Shown here one piece after another: positions 52,480 to 64,000 of a stretch of DNA of 64,000 nt; position 1 is the first letter of the stretch; the number at the start of each line of letters is the position of its first letter. This stretch comes from Octopus sinensis (Eukaryota): contig NC_042998.1 in NCBI RefSeq assembly GCF_006345805.1, positions 178,312,001-178,376,000 on the forward strand, given 5' to 3'. The notes beneath the pieces were generated by a model. That model did no database searches and was not told the origin of the DNA. It worked only from the letters and a program-made list of their open reading frames with translations. The position numbers and the translations under genes are program-made.

Positions 52480-53314
52480 AAAGAATTATTATAATATAAG
52501 TAAAGTTCTTGAAATTAATATGTTTAAATTGACTTTTTATATATTTTTTTAAATGAAACAATCAGAATTACTTAAAGAGTTATTCCTTCTTCTAAGTCTA
52601 ACAACATCATTTTGCTGATAGTAAGAGAATAAAATGAAAAAATTAAATTATTTTTCCATTTAAAATGCTATTTTAATATAAAATTTATTCAATTTAAATA
52701 CAAAGTGTCTTCAAAAGAATTAGAAAATTAGAAAGTTTACCTTTGTTTTCACTTTCAGAAAAATAGATGCTATTTTATCATTTTTAATTGGATAAATCAT
52801 TAATATTTAGGTTGTTGTTCCCAACAAAGATTTAATAAATAATATTTTAGTATTGTTTAACTAAAAGTGTTCATTTAGAAATATTTCATTCCTTATTCTG
52901 AAAACTGTGTATATACATTGTATAATCCTTACATTTACTTAGATGACTTCTCCATAAACAATGTTCCTAACCAAGGTTCTACATTCATCATTATGACATG
53001 TCTTTCTGATTAATTTCTAGCAGGTTGTGTAAGCCCATAAAAAGTCCCACATTTGTGAATATGTATATGTCAGTAAAATTTTTGACAGATGATGAATGCC
53101 AAAAGACATTATTTTCCCAATAATTTTGTCTATGATATTAATGTAACATTTTAGTGAAACATCCGAGACAAATCTTCCTCATACATAGACAAAGTGGTAA
53201 ATGATAAGTTTCAATGATAAGGAATGTTTGCATGGCTTCTTTTGTATGTCACAATTCTTGTATATCAATAAATATTTAAGTGGAAAATAGTATAATTACC
53301 TTACAAACTGCAGA

Positions 53315-53502
53315 GGCATAGGAGTGGCTGTGTGGTAAGTAGATTGCTTACGAACCACACGGTTCCAGGTTCAGTCTCACTGCATGGCACCTTGGGCAAG
53401 TGTCTTCTTCTATAGCCTTGGGCAGACCAAAGCCTTGTGAGTGGATTTGGTAGACGGAAACTGAAAGAAGCCTGTCGTATATATGTGTATATATATATAT
53501 AT

Positions 53503-53537
<35 letters not shown>

Positions 53538-53752
53538 ATGTTTGTGTGTCTGTGTTTGTCCTCCCCAACATCGCTTGGTAACCGATGCTGGTGTGTTTAC
53601 ATCCTCGTAACTTAGCGGTTTGGCAAAAGAGACTGATAGAATAAGTACTAGGCTTACAAAGAATAAGTCCTGGGGTCGATTTGCTCGACTAAAGGTGGTG
53701 CTCCAGTATGGCCACAGTCAAATGACTGAAACAAGTAAAAGAGTGAAAGAGT
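53315..53752 (+). mobile_element. SINE family A, full length
   Basis: Matches 1598-1990. Confidence 0.9.
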
Positions 53753-53943
53753 AATTGCTTTGCCAACAGAAAGTGTTGAAAATAGTTTACCCATCTCAAA
53801 AATAGCTAGTTTCAAATGGTAGAAAGAAATGCGTGCAATAAATTGAAATAAGTTTATAGCAGAACTAACTTTTTAACTGACACTGACTGAAGGTTTTAGA
53901 AAATCTTTCACTATTTTTAATACCTTTCTCTTGTTTCTTCCAG

Positions 53944-54532
53944 ACTCTATTAACCTGTCCAGTCATTTTAACATCCCAACTAGAAAAGCATGGAGAGACT
54001 ATGTTTACTTGGGTATTCAGATATGCTATTAATTTTCTTAGCATACCTGAATGCTCTAAAATATTCGCAGTTTTCCCTAATCACATTTTTCTGATTCTGC
54101 AGCAATCCATGTCAACAATCACTTTGCTAAATTTGATATAATCACATTTGATCTTATTCAAAATAACCTTACTCAACAGGATGCATAATTTGAAGATCAA
54201 GGAGCCCCTACAGATCAAATCACTACTTCTCCATATTTGTGGTGAATGCAGGAGATTTGAAATAAGGACACCTACCTTCTCTTCATTGATAGAGACCTCC
54301 CCAGTGGTAACACACCCTTCCACGCAGCCCGACCCGAACACTAGAAATAGCAGCTGTTTTTCCCTTACCTTAACGAGTTCACACATCTGACTCGCTCGGC
54401 TATCTCGATCGAAAAGGCCCAATGCTGCCCTGCCTGCATGCGTCACTCCTGCCCCTTCCTCTTCCGGTCAGCCCCAAGTTCCGGTCAGTTCCCCAGCTGC
54501 TGACGTCATCCCACCAAGAGGTCACAGCTCTG
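53944..54532 (+). other. Candidate exon of a + strand gene: uORF-rich UTR, possible coding start 54422-54532 (MLPCLHASLLPLPLPVSPKFRSVPQLLTSSHQEVTAL)
   Basis: Strong acceptor CCTTTCTCTTGTTTCTTCCAG with upstream CTGAC branch-like motifs. Repeat-free, higher GC. ORF stays open into a CTG|GTACGA donor at phase 0. Protein not recognised. Confidence 0.4.
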
Positions 54533-54982
54533 GTACGACAAATACATGATTAAAATGACACAAGAAAAAAATCGCAAGGCAGATTCTTCAAGCTGAGCCA
54601 AAGGACAAGAGACATAGTGGTAGACCAAGGATGAGATGGTTGGATAATAACTATAGTCTCAGCAGATCATGCTTGGAAATTCAACCAGAAATGGTAATAA
54701 TGGTTGCATCTTTGGAGAAGGTGCCTGAGGACTTTACACTCACAGACCTCCCAGGAGAAGATGGATAGATTAACATTTGATCTCTTTTTAATCTGAAAGT
54801 TCTTTTTCTGTTTACTTCCATTTTTCTCATGACATGAATGATTCTGAAAAAAAGTAATCATTAATTAATCATGTTTGTCCTGACTCTCTGCACTTAGTTC
54901 AAATCTTGCTGTCTTCAACTTAGCTTTTCATCTTTTCAAGATCAATCCAAAGCAGTGAATTAGAAAAACAGTTGTATCAGAC

Positions 54983-55526
54983 GTCTGGAAGCTGTTCAGC
55001 GACGTGCAACCAAAAGAATACCCTCCATCAGGCATTTGCCATATCCTGAATGCCTTACTTCCCTGGGCATGGACACATTGAAACTCCGACGTCTGGCAGC
55101 TGACTTGGCAGACACCCATAAAATTATCAACCATCGCACAAACAATAACTCTGAGCACCTCTTCAAACTCCACCCATCTAACACCCGTGGACATATTTAC
55201 AAAGTAAGAAAACAGCACAGCTCCCATGACTTCAGGAAACATTTTTTCACGCTGAGAGTTGCTGAAGCATGGAACAAACTGCCGGCATCGGTTGTTAGTT
55301 GTCGGAGCACTGCATCCTTCAAAACTTCCATGCTTCCTGAGATTCGCCAACACTACACTTGATTTTCTCCCCTCCATACACACACAAGCATGTATCTGAC
55401 TCATACATTGTTCGCTTTCCAGACATTTCTACATTACTGCATGTACTTTATATGCACTTTCTGACAAGTTGTGGTGCACCTGAGCATTGTATACAATAAT
55501 TTCATTATTATTATTATTATTATTAT
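54983..55526 (+). mobile_element. CR1-clade LINE 3' fragment with TSD
   Basis: Y..CL..L....L..RR...DL..TRGH.YK....RKHFFTLRVAEAWNKLP..VV..ASFK; (TTA)n tail; TSD TATCAGAC. Empty site preserved at ~56595-56602. Confidence 0.92.
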
Positions 55527-55608
55527 TATCAGACATCTTGTGGTATTTCTTACAACTCCTTACTTCATGAGTTCAAATCCTACCACCTACACTTGACATA
55601 CTAGATGC

Positions 55609-56521
55609 TTTTGAAGTTAAGGTGACATGGTCAAACATTAATTCATATACCTAAAGGGTTACAAAAAAGTGATTAATGTAGAGAAAAAAGTGTGACATGG
55701 TTTTGGGGGAGAGAGCAGGGATTGATGAACCATGTGAGTTCAGGAAGGGATAGTTTATGGTTTATAAAATGAAAATGATAGTATATGGTTTATAAAATGT
55801 AGTTGTGAAAAAAAATAGAGATTTGGAGAACATAATATGAACATGGATAAGTCAAGTAACCGATAAATATCTGTAAGTGAAGGTTTGGTGGTTGATTCTC
55901 ATTGAATGCAATCCAAAATTTGGGCATGTAAAATAAAGGTCTTGGTCAAAGAGACTAACGATGGTGGGCTATAATCATTAATAACTCTCCAACATTGATG
56001 GATTAAAATAACCAACACCTCTCTACTTGTAATATCTTTAAATTTTGGCAGAAAAAATGTTTTTACTTACAGAATAAGCCTCAGCATATAGGGTACATAA
56101 ATCCTGAGTTAACAAGATTTATTGGATAGGAAGATGGATATATGCTAATCCTAAAACTCACCAATGTAACACTGTTGTTGTGACTATTTTGAGAAGATGT
56201 ATTTTCCTAACAGTATTTAGTTATATTTTGTTTACATTGTATGTTCAAATCTTTATAGCTTTAATTTGGATTTTGTGAATCTGATGTTACTAAAGTAAGC
56301 ACTACTCAAGTGTTGGTGTCAAGGCTGGTACTACACACTAGAGAAAGTAGGTGATTACCTTGGGGGCTAAAATCCAGTGTTGCCAAGCACACTGAATAAT
56401 TTAAGATAAAAATTCTTGATCTAAATAAAAATATGGAAGCTAAAATTTTAGTTGAATAGCAGGTGAGGTTATTTCTGGGACAGAGGAAGATATCACACAA
56501 AAGTACATTGTCAGGTAGACA
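55609..56521 (-). repeat. Right arm of the inverted duplication, flanked by a 160-bp direct duplication
   Basis: 54901-54982 + 55535-55612 is repeated uninterrupted at 56521-56680. Confidence 0.93.
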
Positions 56522-57200
56522 AATCTTGCTGTCTTCAACTTAGCCTTTCATCCTTTCAAGATCAATCCAAAGGAGTGAATTAGAAAAACAGTTGTATCAG
56601 ACACCTTGTGGTATTTCTTACAACTCCTTACTTCATGAGTTCAAATCCCACCACATACACTTGACATACTAGATGCTTTTAGCAGAGTTTATCTATTGTA
56701 AACATTTAAATTAAGTTTCCAGTTTGAGGACACTCTTCTCCCTATTATTCACATCAGTCTCAGAAACCCTATAAAAGGCTATAGGCAATACTTTCCCTCC
56801 TGACTAAAAAAATGACTGGAGTATTCATAGCTGGAGGATCTAATTGCCAACCATAAAATATAGATACAGACATGGCTGTGTGGTAAGAATTTTGCTTCTC
56901 CACCAAATGGTTTCAGGTTCAGTCCCAGTGCATGACAATTTAGTCAAGTGACTTTCACTATAGACTTGGGCTGGATTTGGTAAGTAGAAACTTAAAGAAG
57001 CACATCGTGTGTGAGTGTATGGGTGTGTGAATGCAAGTGTGATTGTTTGTGTCTCCTTGCCTTGATACTAGGTGTGTGGTTGTTGTGTTGCAAATGAATG
57101 TCATTCGTTTCCAACATTAAGCAAAAACATGTTTGGCTAAGAGGAAGGAGACCTTTACATGGGCAATCAACTTCCTAGAAAGTTACATTCAGCTACCTGG

Positions 57201-57430
57201 TACTACTTGAGAAGAGTGTTCCCAGTGCGCGCACTCGCGTACTCGCGCATCCGCGCTATAGCTAGTCGATCTTACAATGACTACCTAGCAAAGTAAATAA
57301 AACACAAAAGCACAAAGTAAATAATTTTTTAAAACAAAGTAAATGAAACACAAAGTAAGGATCGATTAGTCACGACTAGCTAGCGCGGATGTGCGAGTGC
57401 GCGCACCGGGGTCACCCTTCTTAAGTAGTA
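57201..57430. mobile_element. GC-rich foldback/MITE
   Basis: TACTACTTGAGAAGAGTG..CCCAGTGCGCGCACTCGC..ATCCGCGCTA mirrored by TAGCGCGGAT..GCGAGTGCGCGCACCGGG..CACCCTTCTTAAGTAGTA. Confidence 0.75.
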
Positions 57431-57866
57431 CTCAACTACCTTCCAAAAAAATAATAAAAACAGGAATGAAATGGTATGCAATGTATAGTCCTTGATACAG
57501 AACGCCCAAACACTTCTCACGTCCTTCATACAGAGTGCCCAAACACTTCTCACGTAGTTTAAAGCGCTATACATGAAAATAATATTACTCATTGACCAAT
57601 ATCATTTTTAGCTCTCACAGCAAATATATTTCTCACCGGCTATTAACTATGTTAATACCAACTTAACCAAGAGAATTTAAACGCAGAAAAAGAAAATAAA
57701 AAAAATGGTGCAAGGTAGACAACTCCTGCCATAGCTTAGTATTTGTCGATTCTGAAATGACGTGCAGTATATTAAACCTTTTTGTTATAATATTTCTGTT
57801 GATTTAATTTAAATTAATTTCAAAACTAATTCCAAATTTAGTGAAACAACTATCATTATTAATTCT

Positions 57867-58242
57867 GGAATGGAAGCACTCCGTCGGTTACGACGATGAG
57901 GGTTCCGGTTGATCCGAATCAACGGAACAGCCTGCTCGTGAAATTAACGTGTAAGTGGCTGAGCACTCCACAGACACGTGCACTCTTAACGTAGTTCTCG
58001 GGGATATTCAGCGTGACAAGGCCGGCCCCTTGAAATACAGGTACAACAGAAACAGGAAGTAAGAGTGAGAGAAAGTTGTGGTGAAAGAGTACAGCAGGGA
58101 TCACCACCATCCCCTGCCGGAGCCTCGTGGAACTTTTAGGTGTTTTCGCTCAATAAACACTCACAACGACCGGTCTGGGAATCGAAACCGCGATCCTATG
58201 ACCGCGAGTCCGCTGCCCTAACCACTGGGCCATTGCACCTCC
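57867..58242 (-). mobile_element. SINE family C with 10-bp TSD
   Basis: Reverse complement of 5153-5540; TSD TATTAATTCT. Confidence 0.92.
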
Positions 58243-58544
58243 TATTAATTCTATTGTGTTTGGGGAGAGTCATTTTTCTATTTGTGCCTTATAATGCAAC
58301 ACACTCACCGGTAAAATTTCCACTTATTTCCTATTTTTATTTTCCTAAAATTTTCGTTGCGTCTTGCAACCTTTTTAATAGTCGACTATTTACCGGTGAG
58401 TGTGTTACATTATAAGGCACAAAAAGAAAATGACTCTCCCCAGACACAACAGAATATACTTCAACACACGAACTCATATAAATAATCTTGCAAACCAAAT
58501 CCAAAACCGAAATATCATTATTAAGCTGATACTTATAACATAAA

Positions 58545-58967
58545 TGTGGCTGTGTGGTAAGTAGCTTGCTTACGAACCACATGGTTCCAGGTTCAGTACC
58601 ACTGCGTGGCACCTTGGGCAAGTGTCTTTTACTGTAGCCTCGGGCCGACCAAAGCCTTGTGAATGGATTTGGTAGACGGAAACTGAAAGAATCTCGTCGT
58701 ATATATGTATATATATATGTGTGTCTGTGTATATATTTGTGTGTCTGTGTATATATTTGTGTGTCTGTGTTTGTCCCCCCAACATCGCTCGACAACCGAT
58801 GTTGGTGTGTTTACGTCCCCGTAACTCAGCGGTTCGGCGAAAGAGACCGGTAGAATAAGTACTAAGCTTACAAAGAATAACTCCTGGGGTCGATTTGCTC
58901 GACTAAAGGCGGTGCTCCAGCATGGCCACAGTCACATGACTGAAACAAGTAAAAGAGTAAAAGAATA
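58545..58967 (+). mobile_element. SINE family A
   Basis: Matches the family A sequence. Confidence 0.9.
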
Positions 58968-59739
58968 AGATATCTTAACAGAAGGTTTCAAATTATACCA
59001 CTTAAAAATTAGAAGTTTCTTTCATGGAACTTGGGGCGATCGAAGACAGTTTGGTTTCAAAAGAGTTAGCTAACAGCATAATCCAACCTTGCTCACTTTT
59101 ATTAATACATAAACTAAAAACAATCACAAAATTTCCCTTGTGTATTTGAAAAGATTGCTTTAACCCTTTAGCTGTCAAAAGTAATGCTTATTCTTTCACA
59201 TTCATCACTACCACCACCACCACCATCACCATCATCATAGTTTAACGTCCGCTTTCTATGCTGGCATGGGTTGGACTGTTTGACATGGTGCTGTCCAGAC
59301 TCCAGCTGTCTGTTGAGACATAGTTTCTACAGCTAGATGCCCTTCTTCATTCCAACCGCTTAACAGTGTGCTGGGTGCTTTTTATATGCTGCTAGAGCAG
59401 ATGTATTAACGCAGTACTGGCTTGGGTGCTCTTCATATTGTTTTGAGTTAACCATGCGTTATCTCAAAACTTCAAGAATTCAATGATGTGATTGTAAATA
59501 TTTAGAATGATATCTAGCTGGTTTGAACACAAAACATGTAGAATATTTGGGCTGGATATGGTTGGTTTAAACACTAAAGGGTTAAAAGATATCTTTGTCA
59601 TTCAGAATTGTGGTATCCAGAAGATAGGTTGAATTGAGCTTCTTAAAAATATTCAGATAGGAAAAAAAGGGAATATAATACCTGGTTAGAATGTGCTTAG
59701 TTTCAAAATACTGATCTAATTAATATAATTACAAATTTG

Positions 59740-60195
59740 ATGACTGGCATCCGTGCTAGTGGAGCGCTAAGAGTTCCATATGAGCGTGATCGTTGCCAGA
59801 GCAACAAGCTGGCCTCCGTACTGGTGGCACATAAAAAACACCATTCGAGCATGATCGTTACCAGCGTCGCCTTACTGGTACTTGTGCTGGTGGCACATGA
59901 AAAAACATTCGAGCGAGGTCGTTGCCAGTGTCGCTGGACTGGCTCTTGTGCAGGTGGCACATAAAAGCACCATTTGAGCGTGGCCGTTGCCAGTACTGTC
60001 TGACTGGCCCTCGTGCCGGTGGTACGTAAAAAGCACCCTCTACACTCTCAGAGTGGTTGGCGTTAGGAGGGGCATCCAGCTATAGAAACTCTGCCAGATC
60101 AGATTGGAATCTGGTGCAGCCATCCGGTTCACCAGGCTTCAGTCAAATCGTCCAACCCATGCTAGCATGGAAAGTGGACGTTAAACAATGATGAC
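59740..60195 (+). mobile_element. RTE-tail non-autonomous element with internal tandem subrepeats
   Basis: Repeated GTGGCACATAAAA..CACCATT.GAGCGTG units, then the same 3' end as the RTE LINE (CCAACCCATGCTAGCATGGAAAG..GACGTTAAAC..TGATGA). Confidence 0.8.
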
Positions 60196-63100
60196 TTTGA
60201 TTTATTTTCTTAATCTTTTATCTTTTACTTGTTTCAGTCATTCGAGTGCAGCCATGCAGGAGCAATGCCTTGAGGGTCTAGCCAAACAGTCTGTTTTGCT
60301 GGACTGTTAAATTACAAGGACGGAAGCAAACCAATGCCACTTGTCAGTGTGGGTTGAACAAATACACACACACACACACATACAAGAGGCTTCCACACAG
60401 TTTCTTTCAACCAAATCCACTCATAAGGCATTGACTGGCCCAAAGCTATATGAACCAATATGTCACACAGTAGAACTGAACCCATAAAGCAGGTTTCTTA
60501 ACTATAGTCATGCCTTTACCTAATCAATTACTTTTACCAGTGATCATTGCAGCACTTGGTAGACATTCACTATTCTTAGTTTTTCTAAGGACCTACAAAA
60601 TATCTGAGAAAGTGACATAGCCTATAATTTCCTTGAAAACATGTGACCCTATCTAAAATTCAATTCCTGTAGCCTGCTGCTTAGAACATTTACATACACG
60701 TTCATTTTTATATATTAAGATTTCACAGAACAGAGCTATAGAAATTTAATGATTTTTTATTTTTTTGTGAGTATAACTTTTATATATGATTGAATATACT
60801 CAAAATTTTCATCATCATTTAACATTCACTTTTCCATGCTTGCATGGGTCAGACAATTTCTTGAGGCAGATTTTCAACCACTGGATGCCATTCCTGTTAC
60901 CAACTTCACTTGTATGATGATTTTGCTAATTTACAACCATGTAATGTCTAGGCAAAGATATGCACACACACACACACACACACATGTATATATACATATC
61001 GCAGGCTCTTATCAGTTTCCATCTACTAAATCCACTCATAAGGCTTTGGTCAGCCCAGAGCTAAAGTAGAAGGCACCACACAATGGGAGTGAACCCTAGA
61101 CTACATGGTTGGGAAGCAAGTTTCTAAACCACACAGCCACAGCTGTGCTATTATTTTCTATTATTTGCATTAACTGTTTTCAATTTCTGTTTGTAACATT
61201 CTTTTCCATCAGTGTATTTTCAATACCTTTTCAGAAGTGGGGGTTACATGTTCCCTTTCTTTTGTTGGGTGTTTTCTGCTATGAGTGGTTATTTGCAAAT
61301 ATCAGCTTAACGGAAAAAAAAAAAAAAAGTAGATAAAGTTCTTAGCAAGCTTTTAAAATGTTAAAAGATTCAATTATTGAGAATAGACAGCAGACAGTAT
61401 GCTGTCTTGAACATGTAATAAAAATAAATGTTGAACATTGGATGAAGAAATGTTGCGAATTAAAGGTGAAGATTGCATATTGTGAAGCTATATCAAAAGA
61501 AAATGTTGAAATATAAGCATTTGGATGTTTTAAAAAAGACACAAAATCAAAGCACATGTAACAATGCCATATTGCGAATCCTAACCAATATCAAGATAAA
61601 CAGTGAAGACTTTTAATCAACAACAACGACCAGCAGTATTAGATGTGCAACAGCTATCAGTTTTTAAATCTACTTTCTTCATTCTAAGTAAAAACACACA
61701 CCACCTCCTTTCATAATTGATAGGTTAATATCAAAAGTTACACTTCGGACTAAATTTATACACTTGTTAATGTTCTCAGATTACATCGACCCCAGTGTTC
61801 AACTGGTACTTATTTTATCATTCAGAGTTGATGACACATAAGTACTAGTTGGAAATTGCTGGCCTTATGCCAAAATTTGGAATCAATATTTTTAGCAGAA
61901 CTATTCAACTTATGTTATGACTACCCCATGTATGCCAGACCTAGGGACAATAAGTGGAAGTAAGAATATAACAAATTAAGTAAGGAGAAATCTTCATTTC
62001 TGAAAGATAAAAATAAAAATAGAATAAACAAATAAAATAAAGATTTAAATTAAAGCAAACAAATAAAAAAAGCAAAACTCAAGACACTTTGGGTGAAGTT
62101 TAATTTAAAATTTATTTTTAAAGGCAAAATGGACAGTTGGCCTTTGTATATTGTTTGAAACACACAATAGAACACATTTGTACAGTTTTTGAAAGGACGC
62201 TGCTGGCATTTAAAATAGAAAGAAATATCAAAGCATTCTCAGCAAATAAACAATTGAATTGTAATTGGGCTCTACTGAGTCACTGACAAAATTAGCAATC
62301 GTAACAGTGCAAAAGTATAGTGTGTGGAGAGGACATGCAGAAGAGAGGAAGAGAGTGAAGAGAGAGAAGATAAGCCAGTGGATCGAATCAGAGAAACAAT
62401 ATGGCATTTTGTTGGAGGCAGCCAAAACAGATACACATGCACACATAGAGGTGAAGGGTTCAAATCTGAAGACATTAGGGGTGAGAAAAAAAAAAAGACA
62501 GAAAAGAAATGAAAGAAACATTTTTTTCTAAAGCCAACATTTTAGATCAATTGGAAAAAAAAAATAACCCACAAATAACACTAATGAAATATTTGACAAA
62601 TTCAGGAAAAAAATTTTAAATAATTCCTTATAAAGAGTTTTTATAAAAAAAATATATAAGTCAAATGTTCAGTGTATCAGGAATGTAGAGTAGGGATTAG
62701 TCAGAAGGTTTCAAAAACCAACTTAGCAGCTAGCAAAGGTACATGACGCCAAACTATTTCATTACATAAGTACTATGGCAAAAGAGAATCCTAATAATTA
62801 AAAAGAATTTGCCAGATTTTTTCAATGAAAAAAAAATCTTCAATTTACATTTTAAAAATTAGTAATAAGAAATTAGTAGAAATATAGTAATTGATCACAA
62901 AAAATAAAGAAAGAAAGTGTGAAAATAAAAGATATATAAGTAGTGTGAAAATAGCATGTTCCTAATCCTATATTCTAATCCAGAAGCTCAATTCAAAACA
63001 CTAATTAATACAAAGAATGATAGTTGCAAGATTCATTAAAATCAAGCTAATGAAATATCAAACTGATTTTCTTAATTTATAGCATTTCAAAGGCTCATCT

Positions 63101-64000
63101 AATTAGGCAATGAAAACAAAATATTTATTGGGACAAATTTTCTCTTTTAGTATACTTTGGTTGTATTACAAATCAGAAACATAATTTGGAAGTGTTGACT
63201 TAATATTGTCTTTTCTCAATATTTATTTCAATAAAATAAAATGTTTAGTTAGTTTCACATTCATTATTAGTACAGTCAGAATATGAAACTTAGCTAAAAT
63301 AACAACACAATTCTCAACAGCTTATTAATGATTCATAATACTATATTATCCACTGAGTTCTATTCAACAGTAGAGGTTTAGCGTTCAGAGAAGGGAGAGA
63401 ATTCAAAGCCTTACAATAAGAAACTTGACGTGAAAAACTTTTAAAATATTTTTTGCTTATTCTATTTCCTCTTGCTCAGTACTAAGTTATTTGAAAAACT
63501 TGACTGAATAATTTTTTAAAAAAGGTTAATTGATTAATAATCAAGTTTCCTTTCTTTCAAATCTAACTTGTGAATTTATCACATTTATTCCACAGTAATT
63601 ACATAAATTGTTTTATAAGTAAAGCACATCGATTAAGTTATCTTGTAGCTCATGGGTTGTGTATTTGAATTTTGTCACAAGAGTTGTGTTGTTGTTAGCA
63701 AATCACTTGACAGTACACGCCTCAATCTAGGAATGGAGAGACACTTGTTAGGTTCTTATAGTCCTAGAAACATCTAGTCAAAGGTACTCCTAATAACATA
63801 AAAATATTAAAAGATGAAGTTCAATTTAAGATGCTTCATGGAATCAAAATACTAAAGGTAGATGTGATGTTACTGATATACATATAAACAGCAAACCTAA
63901 ATGATCTGCCCCATTAAAAAAATAAAATTTAATATTCACATATAAATATATATCAAAGATAAAAATGACAATTTATCCATATTAGGTGATTGAACAAAAC

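Noticed and set aside
62228-62531. Purine-rich ORF cluster
   Set aside because: No recognisable domain or convincing splice sites; low-complexity GA content.

Overview
AT-rich, microsatellite- and transposon-dense eukaryotic DNA. The repeat landscape (tRNA-derived SINEs with internal (TA)n(TG)n, Nin/Deu-domain SINEs, RTE/CR1/R4 LINE fragments) suggests an octopod cephalopod genome; this is an inference. One complete protein-coding gene was assembled by hand on the minus strand: an 8-exon CNPPD1 (cyclin Pas1/PHO80 domain-containing 1) ortholog at 44749->27989. All introns are GT-AG and phases are consistent, giving 1884 nt / 627 aa with a long C-terminal exon. Two orphan + strand exon candidates lie at 1160-1241 and 53944-54532. 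The rest is nested mobile DNA: decayed mariner and maT-like transposases, a long-TIR foldback element, MITEs, non-autonomous Helitrons and at least three SINE families. Most notable: (i) three hammerhead-ribozyme-like folds in short Penelope-type inserts; (ii) a ~0.9 kb templated inverted duplication, flanked by a 160 bp direct duplication, whose arms enclose an orphan exon (circRNA/ADAR-type architecture); (iii) SINE tandem dimers that share one junction. Almost all ORFs in the supplied track are microsatellite or SINE artefacts.
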